Shown here in pieces: positions 8,630 to 16,523 of a stretch of 64,000 nt of DNA. The notes beneath the pieces were generated by a model. The model saw nothing but the letters and a program-made list of their open reading frames with translations. It was not told the DNA's origin and searched no databases. The first letter of the stretch is position 1, and every line of letters begins with the position of its first letter. A program made the translations under genes and the position numbers. The DNA comes from Candidatus Eiseniibacteriota bacterium (GTDB lineage Bacteria > Eisenbacteria > RBG-16-71-46 > CAZAMP01), in the NCBI GenBank assembly GCA_965224245.1, contig OZ245046.1:5568001-5632000 (forward strand). The letters run 5' to 3'.

Positions 8630-10282
8630 CTACTTGGTCAGGATCAGCCGCTGCGAACGGGTCACGTCACCGACCGTCAGGCGAGCGGTGTAGATCCCGG
8701 ACGCCAGCGGAAGACCCGACGCGGAGCGACCGTCCCAGCGCGCCGAGTGGCGACCCGGCGTGGCGCCGCCCTCGACGAGCGTCCGGACGTGCGAGCCCCG
8801 GACGTCGTAAATCGCCAGCTCCAGCGCTCGCCCGGCCATGTCCTCGGACACGTCGTACCGGAGCGTCGTCGTCGGATTGAACGGATTGGGCGAGGCCTCG
8901 TGCAACGCGATCGCCAGCGCGCCCGGCGCCGACCCGGCGACGTCCACCGTGGTGGGCGCCAGCAGGAAGTCGTGGTCCAGCGAGCCGAGGTCGGCCAGTG
9001 CGACGTCCTCGTCGAGGGTCGTGTAGCCCTCGGCGGACACCTGGAACGCGTGCATCCCCGAGCCGGTCTTGAGCACGTAGTCACCGGACGCGTCCGAGAG
9101 CGCCGTCCGGTTGGCGGTGAGGCTCCGGACCGTGGCTCCCTCGATCGGCGCGAGCGTGTTGGCGTCGAGCACCTGGCCGGAGATCGTGGACTTGCGCGCG
9201 CCGTTGAAGCTGACCGTGAAGAAGCCGTTCTGCCAGTCCGAGAGGAAGATGCGATCGTCACCCTGGAACGGGTACACGCCCCAGTTGCCCTCGAAGAGCC
9301 CGCCCGGCGTCTGCGGGAACGTGTCGTAGAACGCCACCTCCACCGGCTCGGTGGGATCGGAAGCGTCGAAGATACGGAGGCCTTCCTGGTAGCAGCTCAG
9401 GTAGATGAAGTCACCGATGCAGTAGGCGTTGTGAACGGTGATGTTGGGGTCGCTCTTCATGTTCTCGGAGCGCCAGCGCCACACCTCGGTCGGCGTGCCG
9501 TTCAGGTCCCACACGCGGATGCTGCCCTGATCGTAGAAGAAGTCGTCGAGCGGCGACTGGATCTCCTCGGTGGTGATGACGTAGCCCGTGTCGCGGATCG
9601 GGTAGATCGTGTGCTGGTAGTAGACCGTGTCCGGGTCGTTGGGCGTGAAGCTCGTGATGAGCGCCGGGGCCGCCGGATTGGAGAAGTCGTACACCTCGCA
9701 GCTCGTGAAGCCGTCGGCGCAGTACAGCACGTCGTCCACGATGGAGTTGTCGTGGATGTCCGTCCCCACCGTGGTCACGTAGGTGGGCGACGACGGTACC
9801 GACACGTTGACGATCGCGTTGCCGGTGACCGAGCCGTATCCCGACAGCACGACGTGGTCGCCGTACGGCCAGATGTTGTGGACGTAGTCGGGGAACGTCG
9901 GCTGGGCGAGCTCGGCGAGGCTCGTCGGTGCCGCCGGATTCGTGACGTCGAGGATCACCGCTCCGAAGCCCTCGCCCGTTTCGTTGGACAGGATGAGACT
10001 GTTCGCCCCGATCGGACGCGGATCGTACACCCGGATGTCGAGGCTCGGGTGGTCCCAGCTCCCCACCACGGACGGGTTGTCCGGGTCGGACACGTCGATG
10101 ATGTCGACGCCGTCGTGGTGGCGGCCCAGGAAGACGTAGTCACCCCGTGCCGAGATGTCGGAGCAGGGTTCGATCGCCAGGTGCGACCTGAGCTCGACGT
10201 TGAAGTTGGTCTGGGCGATCGCGCCGGTGGCGATCGTCGTGACGGCGGCCAGCGAGACGGCGAACGTCGCGAACCTCATCAT
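8630..10282 (-). CDS. Secreted LVIVD/choice-of-anchor-B beta-propeller + carboxypeptidase-regulatory-like domain + FlgD-Ig C-terminal domain
   Basis: GGAGGGG RBS, signal peptide, IIDVSDPDNP repeats, HN/HD motifs, YDTFP..GNWGVYPF, and C-terminal PNPFNPTT..IYDVRG..WDG..SGIY. Confidence 0.82.
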   Translation of the reverse strand: MMRFATFAVSLAAVTTIATGAIAQTNFNVELRSHLAIEPCSDISARGDYVFLGRHHDGVDIIDVSDPDNPSVVGSWDHPSLDIRVYDPRPIGANSLILSNETGEGFGAVILDVTNPAAPTSLAELAQPTFPDYVHNIWPYGDHVVLSGYGSVTGNAIVNVSVPSSPTYVTTVGTDIHDNSIVDDVLYCADGFTSCEVYDFSNPAAPALITSFTPNDPDTVYYQHTIYPIRDTGYVITTEEIQSPLDDFFYDQGSIRVWDLNGTPTEVWRWRSENMKSDPNITVHNAYCIGDFIYLSCYQEGLRIFDASDPTEPVEVAFYDTFPQTPGGLFEGNWGVYPFQGDDRIFLSDWQNGFFTVSFNGARKSTISGQVLDANTLAPIEGATVRSLTANRTALSDASGDYVLKTGSGMHAFQVSAEGYTTLDEDVALADLGSLDHDFLLAPTTVDVAGSAPGALAIALHEASPNPFNPTTTLRYDVSEDMAGRALELAIYDVRGSHVRTLVEGGATPGRHSARWDGRSASGLPLASGIYTARLTVGDVTRSQRLILTK

Positions 10283-10397
10283 CCCCTCCAGTGTTGCGCC
10301 CCCGGCGCGCGTGTTGTGTCTCGGCCCCTTCGTCTCTCCTCGAACCGTTTCGATCGACGCCCGCACCGGCGTGTCGGTCACGGGCGTCCATGCCCCG

Positions 10398-12800
10398 TCA
10401 GCGCGAGCGTACGAGCTTCAGCGATGCGGTCGCCCGGCCGGCCTGGAGACGCGCCACGTACACGCCGGGCGGGACGTCGGCTCCGCGCTGGTCGGTACCG
10501 TCCCAGGCCATGGTGTGCGTCCCGATCTCCTGGACCCCGCCGGCGAGCGTCCGGACGCGGCGACCGGAGATGTCGTAGATGGACAGCGAGACGAGCGCGC
10601 GGGCATCCAGCGTGAACTTCAGCATCGTCTCGGTCCGGAACGGGTTCACGCTGGGCGCCAGATGCGCGAGCGTCAGGCTGCCGCCCGCGCCCGGCACCGA
10701 GACCGCGCCGGCGGTGCCGTAGATCTCGAGGTCGTCGATGCCGGCCTCGACGATCGAGCCCGGGAAGTCGTCGGTGGCGATGAAGCGCACGAGGATCTCC
10801 GCCGCGTCCGGCAGGTAGGTGTCGAGGTCGAACGACATCTTCTCCCAGAAGCCGCGCGAGTCGGGCAGATTCTCGATCGTGACCCATCCGCTGCCGTTCT
10901 TGCCGTTCACCTGCGCGACGAACTCGTCGTCCTGGCTCGAACCGGCGTCGTTCACGTACCACCGGTGATAGACGAGGGTCGGGCTCTCCAGTGTTCCCAG
11001 ATCGAACGAGGGGCTGGTCAGCGTGGTTGACCCGTCGTCGACGTCGTTCTCACCGACGCCGCCTCCGACGGGGCCCTGACCGGTGATGAAGCAGTCGGTG
11101 CCCGGGCTCGGCGTGTGATCATCCTCGGGCTGGACGGCGCCGCCGCCGGTGCCCCGGGGGTCGACGAGCTCCCAGATGCCGGTGGTGGCACCGTCCCCCG
11201 CGGCGCCGACGATCCATCCGCTATCCACCTCGAAGTCGTCGAAGACGGCGGCCGGCTCGAGCACGAAGTCCTGCCCGGCGGCCTCGTCGGCGGTGATGTC
11301 GACGTCGGCGCTCTCCGGCGCGTACCCGACCGCGTCCACGACGACCGTGTACGAGCCGGCCGGCACCGCGGCGAACGCATACGATCCCCCGGCGTCGGTC
11401 GTCGTCGCGAGCGGTGTGCCGAGCACCTCGACGCTGGCCCCTTCGATCGCCGTGAACGAGGATGCGGCCTCCACCACGCCGGCCAGGCTGCCGCTGGGAA
11501 GGCGCGTCATCGCGACGTCCTCGATCGTCGTGGCGCCGTCGGCGATCGTGACCGACCGCGACACGGGTGCGAACCCGAAGAGGTCGTAGTCGACCGTGTA
11601 GGAGTCCGGGCTCAACGAGAAGCGGTAGTAGCCGCCGGCATCGGTCATCCGGGACTGGCCGAGCGACGCGATGCTCACCTCGACGCCCGCGAGCGGGTCG
11701 GACGTGTCGGCGTCGGTGATGGTGCCCTCGAGGAATCCGCCGTTCGGATCGAACTCGAACACGTACAGTCCGGTGTCGATGTCGCTGACGTAGACGTACC
11801 CGGACGAGGCGAACGGGTACACGCCCCACGCGCCGTCGTAGCCGTCGCCGGAGCCCGGATACGTGTCGTAGTAGCCCACGCGGACCGGAGCCGTGGGCAC
11901 GCTGACGTCGAGGATCTCGAGCCCCGCGCGATACCACGAGATGTAGGCGAAATCGCCGTCGATGAGCACGTTGTGAATGATCGAGCCGGGATCGCGATCG
12001 TTCGTGTAGCTGGCGACCACCGAGAGGTTGGATGGGTCGGAGCAGTCCACGACCGTGATGTGTCCGGTCGAGACCTCGTCGGTGGTCAGGGCATGGGTGC
12101 CGTCGGCCGTGACCCACACGTTGTGTGTGAAGTTGTCGTCCGAGGCCACCGAGTCGAGCACGGGGAACGACCCCGGGAGCGCGCTGGCGTCCATCGTCCG
12201 GAGCACGCCGTCGTTGATCGCGGCCATGTAGGCGATGCCGTCGGCGACGTAGAGATCGTGCACGTAGAAGGTGCTCAGCGTGTACATGAGCGGCGGGCTC
12301 ACCGGGTCGGCCGCCGCGTCGTAGACGAGCGTGTTGTCGCCGTAGCCGCACACATAGACCAGACCGGTGGACGTGTCGCAGAACACGTTGTGCGCGGTGT
12401 CGAAGTCGGCCGTGATCTCGTTCACGAGGGCCGGGCTCAGCGGATCGGAGAGGTCGACCACCTGGAGTCCCTGGCCGCTGAACCCGTAGTCGTCGTTCAC
12501 GAGGTACGCGTAGGTGCCGTACGTGGCGGCCTGGCGCCAGATCGAGTCCGAGCCGGGGACGTACGCGACCTCGGTCGGGTTGGTGGGATCGGTCACGTCG
12601 ATGAAGCTCGTGCCGTCGAACCCGCCGACGATCGCGAGCGCAACACCACCGCTCTCGTAGCCCCAGACGTCCGAGTGCCACGACGAGAAGCTCAGGTTGC
12701 CGAGCAGGGTGACGTTCTCCGCGTCCTGCGCGTGAGCCGGTGCGAGAGACGTGAGGGCCCACAGGGTGGCCAGGGCCAGTGGTGTCCGCCAGACGTGCAT
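10398..12800 (-). CDS. Secreted choice-of-anchor-B propeller + 2 carboxypeptidase-regulatory-like domains + beta-sandwich + FlgD-Ig CTD
   Basis: GGAGG RBS, signal peptide (AHA), SDVWGY, AHNV/VHD/THNVW/IHNV, YDTYP..GAWGVYPF, and NPF..IYDISGR..WDG..PGVY. Confidence 0.85.
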   Translation of the reverse strand: MHVWRTPLALATLWALTSLAPAHAQDAENVTLLGNLSFSSWHSDVWGYESGGVALAIVGGFDGTSFIDVTDPTNPTEVAYVPGSDSIWRQAATYGTYAYLVNDDYGFSGQGLQVVDLSDPLSPALVNEITADFDTAHNVFCDTSTGLVYVCGYGDNTLVYDAAADPVSPPLMYTLSTFYVHDLYVADGIAYMAAINDGVLRTMDASALPGSFPVLDSVASDDNFTHNVWVTADGTHALTTDEVSTGHITVVDCSDPSNLSVVASYTNDRDPGSIIHNVLIDGDFAYISWYRAGLEILDVSVPTAPVRVGYYDTYPGSGDGYDGAWGVYPFASSGYVYVSDIDTGLYVFEFDPNGGFLEGTITDADTSDPLAGVEVSIASLGQSRMTDAGGYYRFSLSPDSYTVDYDLFGFAPVSRSVTIADGATTIEDVAMTRLPSGSLAGVVEAASSFTAIEGASVEVLGTPLATTTDAGGSYAFAAVPAGSYTVVVDAVGYAPESADVDITADEAAGQDFVLEPAAVFDDFEVDSGWIVGAAGDGATTGIWELVDPRGTGGGAVQPEDDHTPSPGTDCFITGQGPVGGGVGENDVDDGSTTLTSPSFDLGTLESPTLVYHRWYVNDAGSSQDDEFVAQVNGKNGSGWVTIENLPDSRGFWEKMSFDLDTYLPDAAEILVRFIATDDFPGSIVEAGIDDLEIYGTAGAVSVPGAGGSLTLAHLAPSVNPFRTETMLKFTLDARALVSLSIYDISGRRVRTLAGGVQEIGTHTMAWDGTDQRGADVPPGVYVARLQAGRATASLKLVRSR

Positions 12801-13092
12801 GTGTTTCAGCCTCCGGGCGTCGAGGTCGCCGTTTCCGGCCACGCGGGACGCCAGCCGTTGAAAGTGACGGGCACGCGCGAACGGCGCGCGACCGTGCGAT
12901 CCATATGTCGTGAACGCGCTCGGGACCGGAACTCGAGCGGAAGATCGTAGGGGACGATCCAGGGGGTTTGGTGCGGAGGAGTGTACCGCGCGGCGCGATT
13001 CTCGACAACCCTCGTGCCGGCGTAAGCTCAGGAATCAGTGTGATTTCGGAGGTCGATCACGGGCTGGGGGCGTTCGTATGATGAATCCGGGG

Positions 13093-13170
13093 TCCGGGGA
13101 ACGAGGGAACGCTCCGGGGATGACCCCCTCGGTGACGGGTCGTGCCCCGGAGCGTCCCTCGCGGTCCGGA
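13093..13170 (-). terminator. Long GC-rich inverted repeat just downstream of the small peptide gene (terminator or mRNA-stabilising hairpin)
   Basis: CGAGGGAACGCTCCGGGGATGACCC (13102-13126) is nearly complementary to GGGTCGTGCCCCGGAGCGTCCCTCG (13137-13161); outer TCCGG/CCGGA pair. No clear U-tract. Confidence 0.55.
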
Positions 13171-13177
13171 CGTTCTG

Positions 13178-13447
13178 TCATCCCTTGGTGCTGCTGTTCG
13201 GACCCGAATCGCCGCCGTCGTCGGCCCCACCGCCGCCGAGCACCTCGGCCTCGCCGTCGCTGGGCGCGTCGCGATGCCAGCCGTCGGTGCCGCCGTCGTC
13301 GTCTGCATCGAGGACCACGTACGGCAGCTCGTCGGCGAAGATGCTGATGCCGCCGAGACCGTTCTCGGGGATCGCGTGGGCCGCGCTCGCGACCATCGCC
13401 AGGGAAGCCGCCGCCAGCGCCATCTTGTGAAGCTTCAGGGTCTTCAT
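13178..13447 (-). CDS. Small secreted acidic Gly/Asp-rich protein (89 aa), unknown function
   Basis: GGAGG RBS before ATG; signal peptide MKTLKLHKMALAAASLAMVASAAHA; own promoter and downstream hairpin. Confidence 0.72.
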   Translation of the reverse strand: MKTLKLHKMALAAASLAMVASAAHAIPENGLGGISIFADELPYVVLDADDDGGTDGWHRDAPSDGEAEVLGGGGADDGGDSGPNSSTKG

Positions 13448-13526
13448 GTCTCGGATCCTCCGTTTGCCGTCGAGATCGACGTTGAAGTCGGTGTTCAACG
13501 ATTTCGTCGAACTGATCGCGTATGAA

Positions 13527-13543
13527 CGCAAGCGGAGTGCCAG
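13527..13543 (-). promoter_or_regulatory. Sigma-54 (-24/-12) promoter
   Basis: Minus strand CTGGCACTCCGCTTGCG matches TGGCAC-N5-TTGC, 80 nt upstream of ATG 13447, with an AT-rich tract at 13561-13597. Confidence 0.72.
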
Positions 13544-13689
13544 AGCCGTCGCCGATGCCGTACTTTGACGCAGTATATTCTAAAATAACGGACTTACGGC
13601 TGTGGTGGTGTACGCCGGCGGGCGGGACGGCGTGCTCGACGTCGACGTAGTCGTCGAAAACGACCATGGCGTCGACAAAGAGAGGTGGC

Positions 13690-16383
13690 TCACCGGCGGA
13701 TGAAGGACCCGTTCCGGCTGACCTCACCGGCCGTGAGCCGGTACCAATAGACCCCCGCGGGCGCTCGGGCCGCACCTTCCCCGCCGGACGCGCCCGCGAG
13801 CCGGCCGTCCCACCGGACGACATGGGTGCCGGCGCCCATCGACGCGTCGACGAGGTCGCGCACGACGCGCCCGCGGACGTCCAGCACCGACAGGCGCACG
13901 CGTGGGGTGCCGGAGCCCGGCACCACGATGCGAAACGACGTCGACTCGCGGGTCGGGCTCGGGAATGCCCGGACCGAGAGAGCCGGCCCTGGCGCACCGA
14001 ACGCCACGCGGTACGGTCCGGCGCGGTCCACGCCGAGCGCGGAGTGGGCGACGATCCAGTACGTCGCCTCTCCCGTCCGGGGCGCAAACGAGTCCACGAC
14101 CTCGTACGCGCGGGTCGGGTTGGCGGCGAGCTCGGCCACCGCGATCGTGTCACCGCCGTCGTGCGAGCGTTCGACCACGAAGCGCTCGAACGGACCGTCC
14201 GCGTGCCAGCGCAGCACGACGCGCCCCGGGGCGACGGCCTCGACGGCCGTGACGTCGAGCCGCACGGGCGTGTCGTCGGGCAGCGCCACGAGGTGCCGGC
14301 CGTCCCAGATCGCAACGTCGTCGACGGCCGCCTCCACGATCGATGGGGCACCCTCGTCGGACACGCGAAACCGGATGCGCGTCTCGGAGGACGGAACGAC
14401 GTGCCGCGACAGCACGATCGTGACCCCGCGCCAGAAGAGGCGCGAGTCGCGGATCTCGTACACACCGGTCCACGTGTCACCGCCGTCGGTGGACACGGCC
14501 ACGGTGAACGGATCGCCGTCGCCGGACTCGACCTCCGTGTGCGCATCGTTGCTGAACCAGTGGTAGAACTGGAGGATCGGCTGATCCACGCCCGCCAGGT
14601 CGTAGGTCGGACTGATCAGCGAGGTGGTACCGCCGTCCACGTCGTGGGCGTCGATCCAGTCGCCGCCGGCACCCAGGCCCGTGACGAACGCATTCACGCC
14701 CGGCGCCGGCGTCTCGTCGCGGTTCGGGGCCACGTATCCGGCCGCCGTGCCCACGGGGACGCCGCGCTCCCATCGCCCCGACGTGGCGGTGTCGTCCGGG
14801 TCGACGATCCAGCCGGCGTCTGTCTCGAACGTGTCCACGATCGGCGCACGCTCCAGCGTGAAGTTCTGGAACGTCGTGGCCCCGGTGGTGACGGTGACCG
14901 TCGCCTGCACCGAGTTGAAGCCGAACTCGCGCGCCTCGATCAGATAGGTGCCGGCCGGCAGAAACGGTCGGAAGTAGAAGCCGTCGAACGCCTGCACGGC
15001 GTCGACCGGGGCGTCCAGGAACGCGACGAACGTTCCCTCGGGGTGGAGCGGCCTCGACACCGGCGCGCCCGGTCCGGTCAGCCGCGTGATGTTGCCGCGG
15101 AGCGTCCCCGTCGGACGATCCACGAGCTCGCGGTCGACGACGACGCTCTCCCCGGCGGCGACGGACACGTCGACCGAGTCCGGCTCGAAGCGGAGTCGAT
15201 CGAACACGACGCGGTAGGCGCCCGGCGTCACGCGGAGTCGGAACGTGCCGTCGCCCCCGGTGCGGTACGTCTTGCCGGTACCGCGCACCCGGACGGTCAC
15301 GGACGTCGCGGCCTCGCCGGTGCCCGATACCGTGAGCGCGCCGGTCAGTGTACCCAGCGCCGGCGCCACCGAGAGCGCGAGCAGTCCCTCGACGCGGTCG
15401 GTCATCAGCACGGTGCCGTCCCCGGCGGGCAGGACGTCGCGCCCGTCGGGTGACGGGAATCGCGCGAACGGCTCGGGAACGCGGGGATCGGACACGTCGG
15501 TCGCGACCAGTCCCGATCCCGCGCCGGCGGAGTAGACCGTGAGATCGTCGCCTGCAATGCCCGTGACCGCGGTGCTCGCAGGGTCGGTCGTCGTGGCCAG
15601 CCGGACCGATGCGCCCAGGCTCGCCACGTCGAACGTGCTGAGCGTGCCACCGGGGCGATCGTCGGTCGCGAACGCGAGCCCGCGACCGGGGTCCACCGTC
15701 ACCGCGCGCGTGGCCGAGCCAGGGTACGTCACGTAGGCCGCGAGCGAGATCACCGGAACCCCGGAGACGTCGAGCGTCGCGAGTGCGCCCCCGGTTCCCA
15801 CGTACACGAGCTCGTTCGCGAAGGCCATCCCGGTGGGCGCGAGCTCGCCGTCGAACGCGCCCGTGAGCACCGGCGCCAGCGGCGTGTCGAGGTCGAAGAC
15901 GAGCAGACGGCCCGGTTGCGCGGTCACGAACAGACGCTGGCCGGCGGCGTCCACGAGCACGTCGGTGGCGCGGTCGAACGTCGCGAGGTCGGACGAGATC
16001 TCGGTCGGGCTCGCGGGATCGGCGACGTTCAGGACCTGGAGACCCCCACCGTCCGGGGAGACGACGTAGGCGAGGGTCAGGTACCGGGCGATCGCGCGGC
16101 TCGAGCTCGTGACGCCGGGGACGAAGCCGATCTCGGTCATCGCGCCCGCGTCGAACGTGTTCACGACGGCGATGCCGTCCGAGACCCCCACGAGCACGAG
16201 CCGCTCCTCCGGAGCGGCCGTCGGGAGCGGGGCCAGTCCGGACGCGCCCGCCCGTCCGGTCCAGCGACCCAGCTCGACCACGTTCTCGGGCGATCCCGGC
16301 CCGCTCGCGGCGCCGCTGGAGGGGTGACACACCAGCATCGCCGCGGCGATCAACGGCATCGAAAGACAGTGACCTCGCGGCAC
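13690..16383 (-). CDS. Secreted LVIVD-like propeller + carboxypeptidase-regulatory-like domains + beta-sandwich + FlgD-Ig CTD (divergent paralog of 10398-12800)
   Basis: AGGAGG 8 nt before GTG; LQVLNVADPASP repeats; shared DTATSGRWE..DVDGGTTSL.SP.YDL module; C-terminal FPSP..LDVRGR..WDG..GVY. Confidence 0.78.
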   Translation of the reverse strand: MPRGHCLSMPLIAAAMLVCHPSSGAASGPGSPENVVELGRWTGRAGASGLAPLPTAAPEERLVLVGVSDGIAVVNTFDAGAMTEIGFVPGVTSSSRAIARYLTLAYVVSPDGGGLQVLNVADPASPTEISSDLATFDRATDVLVDAAGQRLFVTAQPGRLLVFDLDTPLAPVLTGAFDGELAPTGMAFANELVYVGTGGALATLDVSGVPVISLAAYVTYPGSATRAVTVDPGRGLAFATDDRPGGTLSTFDVASLGASVRLATTTDPASTAVTGIAGDDLTVYSAGAGSGLVATDVSDPRVPEPFARFPSPDGRDVLPAGDGTVLMTDRVEGLLALSVAPALGTLTGALTVSGTGEAATSVTVRVRGTGKTYRTGGDGTFRLRVTPGAYRVVFDRLRFEPDSVDVSVAAGESVVVDRELVDRPTGTLRGNITRLTGPGAPVSRPLHPEGTFVAFLDAPVDAVQAFDGFYFRPFLPAGTYLIEAREFGFNSVQATVTVTTGATTFQNFTLERAPIVDTFETDAGWIVDPDDTATSGRWERGVPVGTAAGYVAPNRDETPAPGVNAFVTGLGAGGDWIDAHDVDGGTTSLISPTYDLAGVDQPILQFYHWFSNDAHTEVESGDGDPFTVAVSTDGGDTWTGVYEIRDSRLFWRGVTIVLSRHVVPSSETRIRFRVSDEGAPSIVEAAVDDVAIWDGRHLVALPDDTPVRLDVTAVEAVAPGRVVLRWHADGPFERFVVERSHDGGDTIAVAELAANPTRAYEVVDSFAPRTGEATYWIVAHSALGVDRAGPYRVAFGAPGPALSVRAFPSPTRESTSFRIVVPGSGTPRVRLSVLDVRGRVVRDLVDASMGAGTHVVRWDGRLAGASGGEGAARAPAGVYWYRLTAGEVSRNGSFIRR

Positions 16384-16523
16384 TCTCGGAGCCTCCTGGT
16401 GAGGGTCGGCGGCGGGGGGCACCGTCTAGCGTGCCCGGAGCCGCGGTCTCGTGCAAGGGCGCAGACCCAAACGCCGGTTGGCTCCCGAACCGGGTGAGGT
16501 CTATGCTGGCGTCCGGAGGAACC

